Below are positions 11,159-25,102 of a DNA stretch of 64,000 bases, piece after piece (position 1 is the stretch's first letter; every line of letters begins with the position of its first letter). The position numbers were made by a program, and so were the translations under genes. The notes under the pieces are model-generated. The model saw only the letters and a program-made list of their open reading frames with translations. It was not told the DNA's origin and searched no databases. The DNA is taken from contig OZ059896.1 in NCBI GenBank assembly GCA_964057225.1, positions 11,718,001-11,782,000 of the forward strand, given 5' to 3'. This stretch comes from Auanema rhodensis (Eukaryota; Animalia; Nematoda).

Positions 11159-13135
11159 GTGACTGCATCGCAAGAGCGTATGAAAGTAGTGGTCCAGATA
11201 GATGCTCATATTACGCTCAGGAAAAACGGGCGCAGCACGGATGCAAGAGTAATAATAGTCCAACATCTAGGGTGTAAGATGCTGTTAGGTCGCAACATCT
11301 GGGAACCCTTAGGTTTGAGTATACAGGTTGAGCCACCTAGTGAAAACGCTGTGAAATTGATTCATAGAACACTGGTGTTGCCAGGGGAGACTAAACTGAT
11401 TGAAATCAGCAAACCTAGGCATAGTCAAGTAGTATTGTGGGCTTCTAACCCATATATACCATCAGTGACAGAATTTGAACAGGACAGTTGGACTGTCCCA
11501 GTTACAAACAGAACCCCAGTACCATTAGTTTGGCTACGGGGAACCCAAGTAGGTACTTGGATTGATAAAGATAGCGTAGCTGTAGGGACAATAGCAAACG
11601 TTACAGCATATAAGGCGTTATTGGAATCAGGAGGTATTAGTGAAACACCAGTGCATGAAAGACTTGGAATGTTGAAAAACATGATAACAGAGTCTAAGGT
11701 AGAAAGCCAACAAGAGGAGGAATTGAGCTCCCTTGTTGAGGAATTTTCGGACGCGTTTGCAGTATCCGAAGCAGAGCTTAAGCCAAGTGCAGAAGGGTGT
11801 GCATTTATAGACACCGGTAGTGCGAAACCCGTAAAACAACGAATGCGTACGGTACCATTAGGGTTACGTAAAGAGCTAGATGAGTTGATCACAGGACTTG
11901 AGAAGCATGGGGTAATTGAAAGATCATCCTCTGCTTGGAGCAGTCCATTAGTGTTAGTGAAAAAGAAAGATGGCACCATTCGCATGTGTGTTGATTTTCG
12001 TGAGTTGAACAAGCTTACAAAGGTAGACGCTTACCCCTTGCCCAGCATGGAGCAAGCCTTACAGGCTTTAGCAGGGAAAAAGATATTTTCGTCGCTAGAT
12101 CTCGCGAGCGGATTTTATCAAATAGCCTTAAATCAGAAAGATAGAGAAAAAACGGCATTTTCCACGAGCAAGGGCGCTTATCAATTTTGCGTATTTCCGT
12201 TTGGCATGATTAATTCCCCGGCTATATTTCAGCGGGTTATGGACGCGGTCTTAGAACCGATAGGTTTGGTGGGTTCAGAGATACAAGTATATCTAGATGA
12301 CATACTGATCGCCACTGAAAGCGCAGAAAGACATATAGAAGTCTTGCGTTGTGTACTGGAGGTACTTAAAAAAGCAGGATTGCGATTAAAACCGCAAAAA
12401 TGCAGATTGCTGCAACCTAGTGTAGAATACTTAGGTTATATAGTTGATGGAGAGGGACTTCGAGTGAACCCCGAGAAAACTAGAGCAGTCACCGATTTCC
12501 CAGTGCCAAAAAATAGAGATGAGCTGCGCACATTTATAGGTATGTGCACGTTCTATAGAAAGTTTGTAGCAGGTTTTGCCAGTAAGGCTAGACCACTATA
12601 CGAATTAACGAAAGAAACAGTACCATGGGTATGGGAAATAAAAGAAAAAGAGGCTTTTCAATTTTTGAGAGATAGCATAGCCAAATCGCCAGTACTAGCA
12701 CAGCCTGATATAGAAAAGGCGAAGAATGGTGAAGCACCATTCATAATTTATAGCGATGCTTCCAGAATAGGAACAGGCGCTGTGTTAACGCAAAAAGCAA
12801 AGGACGGTTTCCTACATCCGATTGCATTTGCATCGAAAAGTTTATCGAAACATGAGCGAAATTACACAGTAACAGACCTGGAAGGTCTAGGAGTAATACA
12901 CGCGGTCAAAAGATTACATCCTATTATATACGGGTGTGAATGTGTGGTAAGGACTGACCACCAGCCCTTGTTAGCACTATTCTCAGGGACAAATACGTCC
13001 GCCAGAGTAATGAGGTGGGCCATCGAACTGCGAGGGTATAGAATACGCATAGAATATGTTAAAGGTACCACTAACAAGATAGCAGACGCTTTATCGAGAG
13101 GGCCAGTGCAAGATGCTGATGGCATAGAACTATAA
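11159..13135 (+). pseudogene. Gypsy pol: protease C-terminal half, RT, RNase H
   Basis: MLLGRN, WSSPLVLVKKKDG..RMCVDFR, LDLASGFYQI, YLDD, YSDAS, TDHQPL, ADALSR. The catalytic DSG is deleted and the ORF ends at an in-frame TAA. Confidence 0.95.
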
Positions 13136-15208
13136 CATATTATAAATGAAACCGTAATAGCACAGATCATAGAAAAAGAGAAATGGTTACAAGAGCTTGA
13201 AACGGACAGTGAAATAAAAGAAATAATCAATGACATTCGTAGTGGTAGGAATATTCCTAATTATGAAATTGTCAACGAGTTTTTGTACCGTATTGATGAT
13301 TACGGTAATACGCGTAAAGTGGCGCCAACCACCGTAAGACCCAAACTCGTAGAACAATATCACGGGGGGAAGTGGGCAGGACATTTCGGTATTCCACGTA
13401 CTGTAAAAAGATTGAAAGAACACTATTGGTGGAAAGGGTTAGAGAAAGATCTAAGAGAGTATCACAAAAAATGCATAGAAAGCAAGCTAACAAATATGAA
13501 AGGTAGTCAAGTTCCGCCACTAAAGCCAATTTTAACAAGTTCGCCATTTGAATTAATAGCGATAGACCTGTTAGAGTTAGGAAAGACCACGAGAGGACAT
13601 GAGTATGTTCTAACGATAGTAGATCACTTTTCCAAGTGGATGGGTGCATATGCGCTAAAGACTAAATCCGCAAGAGAAGTATGCGACGTTATAGCATATA
13701 AATGGGTAGCCAGGTGTGGATGGTGGCCTAGGAAAATCTTGTCAGATCAAGGTACGGAATTTGACAACTCGCTATTGGAAGAGTTAAGTAGGCAGTTCGA
13801 TATTGAACTAGCCAAGACCAAGGAGTATAACTCGCGCATGAACGGAAGTGTTGAAAGAGCGCAACAAACACTACAGAGGATGTTAAAAAAACAGACAGTC
13901 ACCCCAGCAGAGTGGGATAGGCTTCTGCCTTTCGTTGTATTCGCATACAATACATCCAGTCATGAAAGTACTGGGTTTACACCTTATGAGTTAGTGTACG
14001 GTAGAGCTCCACCCGAGATTATGGGAAAATATGAGCCTATGTCACATTTGACACAGTATGAAGATTATATAAGTGAGTTAAGAGAAGTACTCGCTTATGC
14101 ACAAGGTTTAGCTAAGGATAACCTTGCAAAGCAAGCAGAAAGAATGAAAAAGAGATATGACACGGTAAAAAAAGTCAATATGGACAAACTACCAAAAACG
14201 GGAGATACGGTGTATCTGAAGTTAGGAAATAATGCAGATCCCCATCGTAAATTAATACATAATATGAAAGGTCCATGTACCGTCGTAGATGCGGGGGCTA
14301 CTTCGGCTACAATACAAGAGAGTCGAAATAGGAATGAGATGCGCGTGCAACATGACCTATTAATACCTGTAGATAAGAGTATGGGTGAGCCTAAGTGTAT
14401 AGGGAAAGGCAGACGTACGAGAGGAAGGCCTCGTAAAGACGCAAATGCGGTTGTGTCACAAGTATACGTTAACTCAACTCATTTCAGTGCAACTGAAAGT
14501 ATGCTACAAGAACGGTTGTTAAACAGGATACGAGGAAATGTAAAGTCGGTTGAGAAGTTGTCGGCAAAGAAGGATAATTTACTTATCCTGCCTCCTTCAA
14601 TGATGATAGTAAAGGAGCCTGGAGTTTTCCACATCAAAGGTGGAGCGGTACGGATAGGAAATGTACGTAGAGGTGTCTCAGACGCTTTAGGAGAAAATTG
14701 GGGAGATGTCCCAAACCTAGTTATCGCCTTACCAAAGATGGTTCGAGCCGATATCAAAAATTGGCTACCGGTTAAGATGTTACGAGAGTTTCCTGAAAAA
14801 CATCACACCAGAAGGATAGTGGTGGTATACCCGCCCGTTACAACGGTGGGCTACGAGGAAGTCGTAGAGGAGATCGAACAGGAGGTTCGGGTTCTAAAAA
14901 TGTGGCTTGAAGCCGATATCGTTAAGGCTAAGATCGACACCATCGGGGATCTAGACTTGGGAGCGATTCGTTTACTCGATGTGCAGGGATGCCTGGGGCT
15001 GGTAAAGAAGACCTATTTGAACGCAGAAGAAGCTGAGATTTTCCTATGGACACTATCTATACACCTCGTGAAGCTGGTGGACAGTTCTTACCATATCACA
15101 ATCGAAAGGAAGTCAGCTGAGGAACCGTCTCCGAAGACTCGAAAACGCAATTTTTCATCACGTCAAGAAATGTCCAAAACGAGAAGACAGGGACGCCTTC
15201 ATATGTAA
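13136..15208 (+). pseudogene. Gypsy integrase plus long C-terminal extension (same frame as RT, after a single stop)
   Basis: Frame open from 13136. H..GHFG..CIES (last zinc-finger Cys lost), AIDL, LSDQG, SVER, TPYELVYGR, then RGRPRK and about 250 further residues. Confidence 0.93.
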
Positions 15209-16132
15209 ACCCCCCCCCATGTTGTAGTTAAATATACGACTAGTATATCGATTCCACTTTTTATATATATTTGATCTCGTTGACCAGGTGTTTTCCCGCT
15301 CTTTCTATACTATATAAGGGATGCCTGTAGCTCTATAGTCAGTTATCTAGACTGTGACTGCTCTCTGAAGGTCCGAATCGTCGTTGCTTTAAAGGAAACC
15401 TATTCTTTTTTGTTCCTTTTCTTTTTTTTATTATTTTACAAGTTATAACTAGGGGTCGTAATACACACACACTTTTTGTTCTTATAATAGCTCATTATTG
15501 AGTTACAGCATTTAGTTTTAATATTTGTATTGGTTCTGTTTAATTTTTTGAGTTTCTTCTTTTAATAAAGGGCTTTTCTAAAGTCAAACTTTCAAAATTA
15601 CATTCGCAGTACGCCAAAACCATCACAGAATTAAATAAAAGAGATGGAGTGAAATGGTTTCGAAAATACAAAATATTTAAATGTTTCAGTTTTTGATCAT
15701 CACAATATTGAAATTTAAATGTTTTTTAATGATTAAAAATTTAAAAAATGAAATTATGAAATTGTGGTAGAAATATAAAATTGTTTAAAATATGGAATTA
15801 AATAAAAGAGATGGAGTGAAATGATTTCGAAAATACAAAATATTCAAATGTTTCAGTTTTTGAGCATCACAATATTGAAATTTAAATGTTTCTCAATGAT
15901 TAAAAATTTAAAAAATGAAATTATGAAATAGTGGTAGAAATATAAAATTGTTCAAAATATGGAATTAAATAAAAGAGATGGAATGAAATGGTTTAGAAAA
16001 TACAAAATATTTAAATGTTTCAGTTTTTGATCATCACAATATTGAAATTTAAATGTTTTTTAATGATTAAAAATTTAAAAAATGAAATTATGAAATCGTG
16101 GTAGAAATATAAAATTGTTTAAAATATGGAAT

Positions 16133-16541
16133 TGTTGTAGTTAAATATACGACTAGTATATCGATTCCACTTTTTATATATATTTGATCTTGTTGACCAG
16201 GTGTTTTCCCGCTCTTTCTATACTATATAAGGGATGCCTGTAGCTCTATAGTCAGTTATCTAGACTGTGACTGCTCTCTGAAGGTCCGAATCGTCGTTGC
16301 TTTAAAGGAAACCTATTCTTTTTTGTTCCTTTTCTTTTTTTTTATTATTTTACAAGTTATAACTAGGGGTCGTAATACACACACACTTTTTGTTCTTATA
16401 ATAGCTCATTATTGAGTTACAGCATTTAGTTTTAATATTTGTATTGGTTCTGTTTAATTTTTTGAGTTTCTTCTTTTAATAAAGGGCTTTTCTAAAGTCA
16501 AACTTTCAAAATTACATTCGCAGTACGCCAAAACCATCACA
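16133..16541 (+). mobile_element. Gypsy-A solo LTR 1 (T variant)
   Basis: 409 bp, TG..CA, GAAT TSD, tcttgttgac. Confidence 0.97.
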
Positions 16542-17545
16542 GAATTAAATAAAAGAGATGGAGTGAAATGGTTTCGAAAATACAAAATATTTAAATGTTT
16601 CAGTTTTTGATCATCACAATATTGAAATTTAAATGTTTTTTAATGATTAAAAATTTGAAAAATGAAATTATGAAATAGTGGTAGAAATATAAAATCGTTC
16701 AAAATATGGAATTAAATAAAAGAGATGGAGTGAAATGGTTTAGAAAATACAAAATATTTAAATGTTTCAGTTTTTGAGCATCACAATATTGAAATTTAAA
16801 TGTTTTTCAATGATTAAAAATTTAAAAAATGAAATTATGAAATCGTGGTAGAAATATAAAATTGTTTAAAATATGGAATTAAATAAAAGAGATGGAGTGA
16901 AATGGTTTCGAAAATACAAAATTTTTAAATGTTTCAGTTTTTGATCATCACAATATTGAAATTTAAATGTTTTTTAATGATTAAAAATTCAAAAAATTAA
17001 GTTATGAATTCGTGGTAGAAATATAAAATGTTTAAAATATGGAATTTAATGAAAGAGATGGAGTGAAATGGTTTCGAAAATACAAAATATTTAAATGTTT
17101 CAGTTTTTGAGCATCACAATATTGAAATTTAAATGTTTTTTAATGATTAAAAATTTGAAAAATGAAATTATGAAATAGTGGTAGAAATATAAAATTGTTT
17201 AAAATATGGAATTAAATAAAAGAGATGGAGTGAAATGGTTTAGAAAATACAAAATATTTAAATGTTTCTGTTTTTGATCATCACAATATTGAAATTTAAA
17301 TGTTTTTTAATGATTAAAAATTTAAAAAATTAAGTTATGAATTCGTGGTAGAAATATAAAATGTTTAAAATATGGAATTTAATGAAAGAGATGGAGTGAA
17401 ATGGTTTCGAAAATACAAAATATTTAAATGTTTCAGTTTTTGAGCATCACAATATTGAAATTTAAATGTTTTTTAATGATTAAAAATTTAAAAAATGAAA
17501 TTATGAAATAGTGGTAGAAATATAAAATTGTTTAAAATATGGAAT

Positions 17546-17954
17546 TGTTGTAGTTAAATATACGACTAGTATATCGATTCCACTTTTTATATATATTTGA
17601 TCTCGTTGACCAGGTGTTTTCCCGCTCTTTCTATACTATATAAGGGATGCCTGTAGCTCTATAGTCAGTTATCTAGACTGTGACTGCTCTCTGAAGGTCC
17701 GAATCGTCGTTGCTTTAAAGGAAACCTATTCTTTTTTGTTCCTTTTCTTTTTTTTTATTATTTTACAAGTTATAACTAGGGGTCGTAATACACACACACT
17801 TTTTGTTCTTATAATAGCTCATTATTGAGTTACAGCATTTAGTTTTAATATTTGTATTGGTTCTGTTTAATTTTTTGAGTTTCTTCTTTTAATAAAGGGC
17901 TTTTCTAAAGTCAAACTTTCAAAATTACATTCGCAGTACGCCAAAACCATCACA
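17546..17954 (+). mobile_element. Gypsy-A solo LTR 2 (C variant)
   Basis: 409 bp, GAAT TSD, tctcgttgac. Confidence 0.97.
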
Positions 17955-18125
17955 GAATTAAATAAAAGAGATGGAGTGAAATGGTTTCGAAAATACAAAA
18001 TATTTAAATGTTTCAGTTTTTGATCATCACAATATTGAAATTTAAATGTTTTTTAATGATTAAAAATTTAAAAAATGAAATTATGAAATAGTGGTAGAAA
18101 TATAAAATTGTTTAAAATATGGAAT

Positions 18126-18534
18126 TGTTGTAGTTAAATATACGACTAGTATATCGATTCCACTTTTTATATATATTTGATCTTGTTGACCAGGTGTTTT
18201 CCCGCTCTTTCTATACTATATAAGGGATGCCTGTAGCTCTATAGTCAGTTATCTAGACTGTGACTGCTCTCTGAAGGTCCGAATCGTCGTTGCTTTAAAG
18301 GAAACCTATTCTTTTTTGTTCCTTTTCTTTTTTTTTATTATTTTACAAGTTATAACTAGGGGTCGTAATACACACACACTTTTTGTTCTTATAATAGCTC
18401 ATTATTGAGTTACAGCATTTAGTTTTAATATTTGTATTGGTTCTGTTTAATTTTTTGAGTTTCTTCTTTTAATAAAGGGCTTTTCTAAAGTCAAACTTTC
18501 AAAATTACATTCGCAGTACGCCAAAACCATCACA
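18126..18534 (+). mobile_element. Gypsy-A solo LTR 3 (T variant)
   Basis: 409 bp, GAAT TSD. Confidence 0.97.
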
Positions 18535-19539
18535 GAATTAAATAAAAGAGATGGAGTGAAATGGTTTCGAAAATACAAAATATTTAAATGTTTCAGTTTT
18601 TGATCATCACAATATTGAAATTTAAATGTTTTTTAATGATTAAAAATTTGAAAAATGAAATTATGAAATAGTGGTAGAAATATAAAATCGTTCAAAATAT
18701 GGAATTAAATAAAAGAGATGGAGTGAAATGGTTTAGAAAATACAAAATATTTAAATGTTTCAGTTTTTGAGCATCACAATATTGAAATTTAAATGTTTTT
18801 CAATGATTAAAAATTTAAAAAATGAAATTATGAAATCGTGGTAGAAATATAAAATTGTTTAAAATATGGAATTAAATAAAAGAGATGGAGTGAAATGGTT
18901 TCGAAAATACAAAATATTTAAATGTTTCAGTTTTTGATCATCACAATATTGAAATTTAAATGTTTTTTAATGATTAAAAATTTGAAAAATGAAATTATGA
19001 AATAGTGGTAGAAATATAAAATTGTTCAAAATATGGAATTAAATAAAAGAGATGGAGTGAAATGGTTTAGAAAATACAAAATATTTAAATGTTTCAGTTT
19101 TTGAGCATCACAATATTGAAATTTAAATGTTTTTCAATGATTAAAAATTTAAAAAATGAAATTATGAAATAGTGGTAGAAATATAAAATTGTTTAAAATA
19201 TGGAATTAAATAAAAGAGATGGAGTGAAATGGTTTCGAAAATACAAAATTTTTAAATGTTTCAGTTTTTGATCATCACAATATTGAAATTTAAATGTTTT
19301 TTAATGATTAAAAATTTAAAAAATTAAGTTATGAATTCGTGGTAGAAATATAAAATGTTTAAAATATGGAATTTAATGAAAGAGATGGAGTGAAATGGTT
19401 TCGAAAATACAAAATATTTAAATGTTTCAGTTTTTGAGCATCACAATATTGAAATTTAAATGTTTTTTAATGATTAAAAATTTAAAAAATGAAATTATGA
19501 AATAGTGGTAGAAATATAAAATTGTTTAAAATATGGAAT

Positions 19540-19948
19540 TGTTGTAGTTAAATATACGACTAGTATATCGATTCCACTTTTTATATATATTTGATCTCGT
19601 TGACCAGGTGTTTTCCCGCTCTTTCTATACTATATAAGGGATGCCTGTAGCTCTATAGTCAGTTATCTAGACTGTGACTGCTCTCTGAAGGTCCGAATCG
19701 TCGTTGCTTTAAAGGAAACCTATTCTTTTTTGTTCCTTTTCTTTTTTTTTATTATTTTACAAGTTATAACTAGGGGTCGTAATACACACACACTTTTTGT
19801 TCTTATAATAGCTCATTATTGAGTTACAGCATTTAGTTTTAATATTTGTATTGGTTCTGTTTAATTTTTTGAGTTTCTTCTTTTAATAAAGGGCTTTTCT
19901 AAAGTCAAACTTTCAAAATTACATTCGCAGTACGCCAAAACCATCACA
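19540..19948 (+). mobile_element. Gypsy-A solo LTR 4 (C variant)
   Basis: 409 bp, GAAT TSD. Confidence 0.97.
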
Positions 19949-20119
19949 GAATTAAATAAAAGAGATGGAGTGAAATGGTTTCGAAAATACAAAATATTTA
20001 AATGTTTCAGTTTTTGATCATCACAATATTGAAATTTAAATGTTTTTTAATGATTAAAAATTTAAAAAATGAAATTATGAAATAGTGGTAGAAATATAAA
20101 ATTGTTTAAAATATGGAAT

Positions 20120-20528
20120 TGTTGTAGTTAAATATACGACTAGTATATCGATTCCACTTTTTATATATATTTGATCTTGTTGACCAGGTGTTTTCCCGCT
20201 CTTTCTATACTATATAAGGGATGCCTGTAGCTCTATAGTCAGTTATCTAGACTGTGACTGCTCTCTGAAGGTCCGAATCGTCGTTGCTTTAAAGGAAACC
20301 TATTCTTTTTTGTTCCTTTTCTTTTTTTTTATTATTTTACAAGTTATAACTAGGGGTCGTAATACACACACACTTTTTGTTCTTATAATAGCTCATTATT
20401 GAGTTACAGCATTTAGTTTTAATATTTGTATTGGTTCTGTTTAATTTTTTGAGTTTCTTCTTTTAATAAAGGGCTTTTCTAAAGTCAAACTTTCAAAATT
20501 ACATTCGCAGTACGCCAAAACCATCACA
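20120..20528 (+). mobile_element. Gypsy-A solo LTR 5 (T variant)
   Basis: 409 bp, GAAT TSD. Confidence 0.97.
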
Positions 20529-21866
20529 GAATTAAATAAAAGAGATGGAGTGAAATGGTTTCGAAAATACAAAATATTTAAATGTTTCAGTTTTTGATCA
20601 TCACAATATTGAAATTTAAATGTTTTTTAATGATTAAAAATTTGAAAAATGAAATTATGAAATAGTGGTAGAAATATAAAATCGTTCAAAATATGGAATT
20701 AAATAAAAGAGATGGAGTGAAATGGTTTAGAAAATACAAAATATTTAAATGTTTCAGTTTTTGAGCATCACAATATTGAAATTTAAATGTTTTTCAATGA
20801 TTAAAAATTTAAAAAATGAAATTATGAAATCGTGGTAGAAATATAAAATTGTTTAAAATATGGAATTAAATAAAAGAGATGGAGTGAAATGGTTTCGAAA
20901 ATACAAAATATTTAAATGTTTCAGTTTTTGATCATCACAATATTGAAATTTAAATGTTTTTTAATGATTAAAAATTTGAAAAATGAAATTATGAAATAGT
21001 GGTAGAAATATAAAATTGTTCAAAATATGGAATTAAATAAAAGAGATGGAGTGAAATGGTTTAGAAAATACAAAATATTTAAATGTTTCAGTTTTTGAGC
21101 ATCACAATATTGAAATTTAAATGTTTTTCAATGATTAAAAATTTAAAAAATGAAATTATGAAATAGTGGTAGAAATATAAAATTGTTTAAAATATGGAAT
21201 TAAATAAAAGAGATGGAGTGAAATGGTTTCGAAAATACAAAATTTTTAAATGTTTCAGTTTTTGATCATCACAATATTGAAATTTAAATGTTTTTTAATG
21301 ATTAAAAATTCAAAAAATTAAGTTATGAATTCGTGGTAGAAATATAAAATGTTTAAAATATGGAATTTAATGAAAGAGATGGAGTGAAATGGTTTCGAAA
21401 ATACAAAATATTTAAATGTTTCAGTTTTTGAGCATCACAATATTGAAATTTAAATGTTTTTTAATGATTAAAAATTTGAAAAATGAAATTATGAAATAGT
21501 GGTAGAAATATAAAATTGTTTAAAATATGGAATTAAATAAAAGAGATGGAGTGAAATGGTTTAGAAAATACAAAATATTTAAATGTTTCTGTTTTTGATC
21601 ATCACAATATTGAAATTTAAATGTTTTTTAATGATTAAAAATTTAAAAAATTAAGTTATGAATTCGTGGTAGAAATATAAAATGTTTAAAATATGGAATT
21701 TAATGAAAGAGATGGAGTGAAATGGTTTCGAAAATACAAAATATTTAAATGTTTCAGTTTTTGAGCATCACAATATTGAAATTTAAATGTTTTTTAATGA
21801 TTAAAAATTTAAAAAATGAAATTATGAAATAGTGGTAGAAATATAAAATTGTTTAAAATATGGAAT

Positions 21867-22275
21867 TGTTGTAGTTAAATATACGACTAGTATATCGATT
21901 CCACTTTTTATATATATTTGATCTCGTCGACCAGGTGTTTTCCCGCTCTTTCTATACTATATAAGGGATGCCTGTAGCTCTATAGTCAGTTATCTAGACT
22001 GTGACTGCTCTCTGAAGGTCCGAATCGTCGTTGCTTTAAAGGAAACCTATTCTTTTTTGTTCCTTTTCTTTTTTTTTATTATTTTACAAGTTATAACTAG
22101 GGGTCGTAATACACACACACTTTTTGTTCTTATAATAGCTCATTATTGAGTTACAGCATTTAGTTTTAATATTTGTATTGGTTCTGTTTAATTTTTTGAG
22201 TTTCTTCTTTTAATAAAGGGCTTTTCTAAAGTCAAACTTTCAAAATTACATTCGCAGTACGCCAAAAACATCACA
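21867..22275 (+). mobile_element. Gypsy-A solo LTR 6 (C variant)
   Basis: 409 bp, GAAT TSD, two private SNPs. Confidence 0.97.
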
Positions 22276-23112
22276 GAATTAAATAAAAGAGATGGAGTGA
22301 AATGGTTTCGAAAATACAAAATATTTAAATGTTTCAGTTTTTGATCATCACAATATTGAAATTTGAATGTTTTTTAATGATTAAAAATTTAAAAAATTAA
22401 GTTATGAATTCGTGGTAGAAATATAAAATGTTTAAAATATGGAATTAAATAAAAGAGATGGAATGAAATGGTTTAGAAAATACAAAATATTCAAATGTTT
22501 CAGTTTTTGAGCATCACAATATTGAAATTTAAATGTTTTTTAAAGATTAAAAATTTGAAAAATGAAATTATGAAATAGTGGTAGAAATATAAAATTGTTC
22601 AAAATATGGAATTAAATAAAAGAGATGGAATGAAATGGTTTAGAAAATACAAAATATTCAAATGTTTCAGTTTTTGAGCATCACAATATTGAAATTTAAA
22701 TGTTTTTTAATGATTAAAAATTTAAAAAATGAAATTATGAAATTGTGGTAGAAATATAAAATTGTTTAAAATATGGAATTAAATAAAAGAGATGGAGTGA
22801 AATGGTTTCGAAAATACAAAATATTCAAATGTTTCAGTTTTTGAGCATCACAATATTGAAATTTAAATGTTTTTTAATGATTAAAAATTTGAAAAATGAA
22901 ATTATGAAATAGTGGTAGAAATATAAAATGTTTAAAATATGGAATTAAATAAAAGAGATGGAATGAAATGGTTTAGAAAATACAAAATATTTAAATGTTT
23001 CAGTTTTTGATCATCACAATATTGAAATTTAAATGTTTTTTAATGATTAAAAATTTAAAAAATGAAATTATGAAATCGTGGTAGAAATATAAAATTGTTT
23101 AAAATATGGAAT

Positions 23113-23521
23113 TGTTGTAGTTAAATATACGACTAGTATATCGATTCCACTTTTTATATATATTTGATCTTGTTGACCAGGTGTTTTCCCGCTCTTTCTA
23201 TACTATATAAGGGATGGCTGTAGCTCTATAGTCAGTTATCTAGACTGTGACTGCTCTCTGAAGGTCCGAATCGTCGTTGCTTTAAAGGAAACCTATTCTT
23301 TTTTGTTCCTTTTCTTTTTTTTTATTATTTTACAAGTTATAACTAGGGGTCGTAATACACACACACTTTTTGTTCTTATAATAGCTCATTATTGAGTTAC
23401 AGCATTTAGTTTTAATATTTGTATTGGTTCTGTTTAATTTTTTGAGTTTCTTCTTTTAATAAAGGGCTTTTCTAAAGTCAAACTTTCAAAATTACATTCG
23501 CAGTACGCCAAAACCATCACA
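23113..23521 (+). mobile_element. Gypsy-A solo LTR 7 (T variant)
   Basis: 409 bp, GAAT TSD. Confidence 0.97.
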
Positions 23522-24693
23522 GAATTAAATAAAAGAGATGGAGTGAAATGGTTTCGAAAATACAAAATATTTAAATGTTTCAGTTTTTGATCATCACAAT
23601 ATTGAAATTTAAATGTTTTTTAATGATTAAAAATTTGAAAAATGAAATTATGAAATAGTGGTAGAAATATAAAATCGTTCAAAATATGGAATTAAATAAA
23701 ATAGATGGAGTAAAATGGTTTAGAAAATACAAAATATTCAACTGTTTCAGTTTTTGAGCATCACAATATTGAAATTTAAATGTTTTTCAATGATTAAAAA
23801 TTTAAAAAATGAAATTGTGAAATAGTGGTAGAAATATAAAATTGTTTAAAATATGGAATTAAATAAAAGAGATGGAGTGAAATGGTTTCGAAAATACAAA
23901 ATATTTAAATGTTTCAGTTTTTGATCATCACAATATTGAAATTTAAATGTTTCTCAATGATTAAAAATTTAAAAAATGAAATTATGAAATAGTGGTAGAA
24001 ATATAAAATTGTTTAAAATATGGAATTAAATAAAAGAGATGGAGTGAAATGGTTTCGAAAATACAAAATATTTAAATGTTTCAGTTTTTGATCATCACAA
24101 TATTGAAATTTAAATGTTTTTTAATGATTAAAAATTTGAAAAATGAAATTATGAAATAGTGGTAGAAATATAAAATCGTTCAAAATATGGAATTAAATAA
24201 AATAGATGGAGTAAAATGGTTTCGAAAATACAAAATATTTAAATGTTTCAGTTTTTGATCATCACAATATTGAAATTTAAATGTTTTTCAATGATTAAAA
24301 ATTTAAAAAATGAAATTATGAAATAGTGGTAGAAATATAAAATTGTTTAAAATATGGAATTAAATAAAAGAGATGGAGTGAAATGGTTTCGAAAATACAA
24401 AATTTTTAAATGTTTCAGTTTTTGATCATCACAATATTGAAATTTAAATGTTTTTTAATGATTAAAAATTCAAAAAATTAAGTTATGAATTCGTGGTAAA
24501 AATATAAAATGTTTAAAATATGGAATTTAATGAAAGAGATGGAGTGAAATGGTTTCGAAAATACAAAATATTTAAATGTTTCAGTTTTTGAGCATCACAA
24601 TATTGAAAATTAAATGTTTTTTAATGATTAAAAATTTGAAAAATGAAATTATGAAATAGTGGTAGAAATATAAAATTGTTTAAAATATGGAAT

Positions 24694-25102
24694 TGTTGTA
24701 GTTAAATATACGACTAGTATATCGATTCCACTTTTTATATATATTTGATCTCGTTGACCAGGTGTTTTCCCGCTCTTTCTATACTATATAAGGGATGCCT
24801 GTAGCTCTATAGTCAGTTATCTAGACTGTGACTGCTCTCTGAAGGTCCGAATCGTCGTTGCTTTAAAGGAAACCTATTCTTTTTTGTTCCTTTTCTTTTT
24901 TTTTATTATTTTACAAGTTATAACTAGGGGTCGTAATACACACACACTTTTTGTTCTTATAATAGCTCATTATTGAGTTACAGCATTTAGTTTTAATATT
25001 TGTATTGGTTCTGTTTAATTTTTTGAGTTTCTTCTTTTAATAAAGGGCTTTTCTAAAGTCAAACTTTCAAAATTACATTCGCAGTACGCCAAAACCATCA
25101 CA
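24694..25102 (+). mobile_element. Gypsy-A solo LTR 8 (C variant)
   Basis: 409 bp, GAAT TSD. Confidence 0.97.

Larger units (their letters stand above)
10769..15627 (+). mobile_element. Ty3/Gypsy LTR retrotransposon (family A) lacking U5 end, PBS and gag; 4-bp TSD GAAT
   Basis: 5' LTR 10769-~11141 (truncated) and 3' LTR 15220-15627 (tgttgtag...catcaca). Junctions read ggaat|TG and CA|gaat. RT-RNase H-integrase order. Confidence 0.97.
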
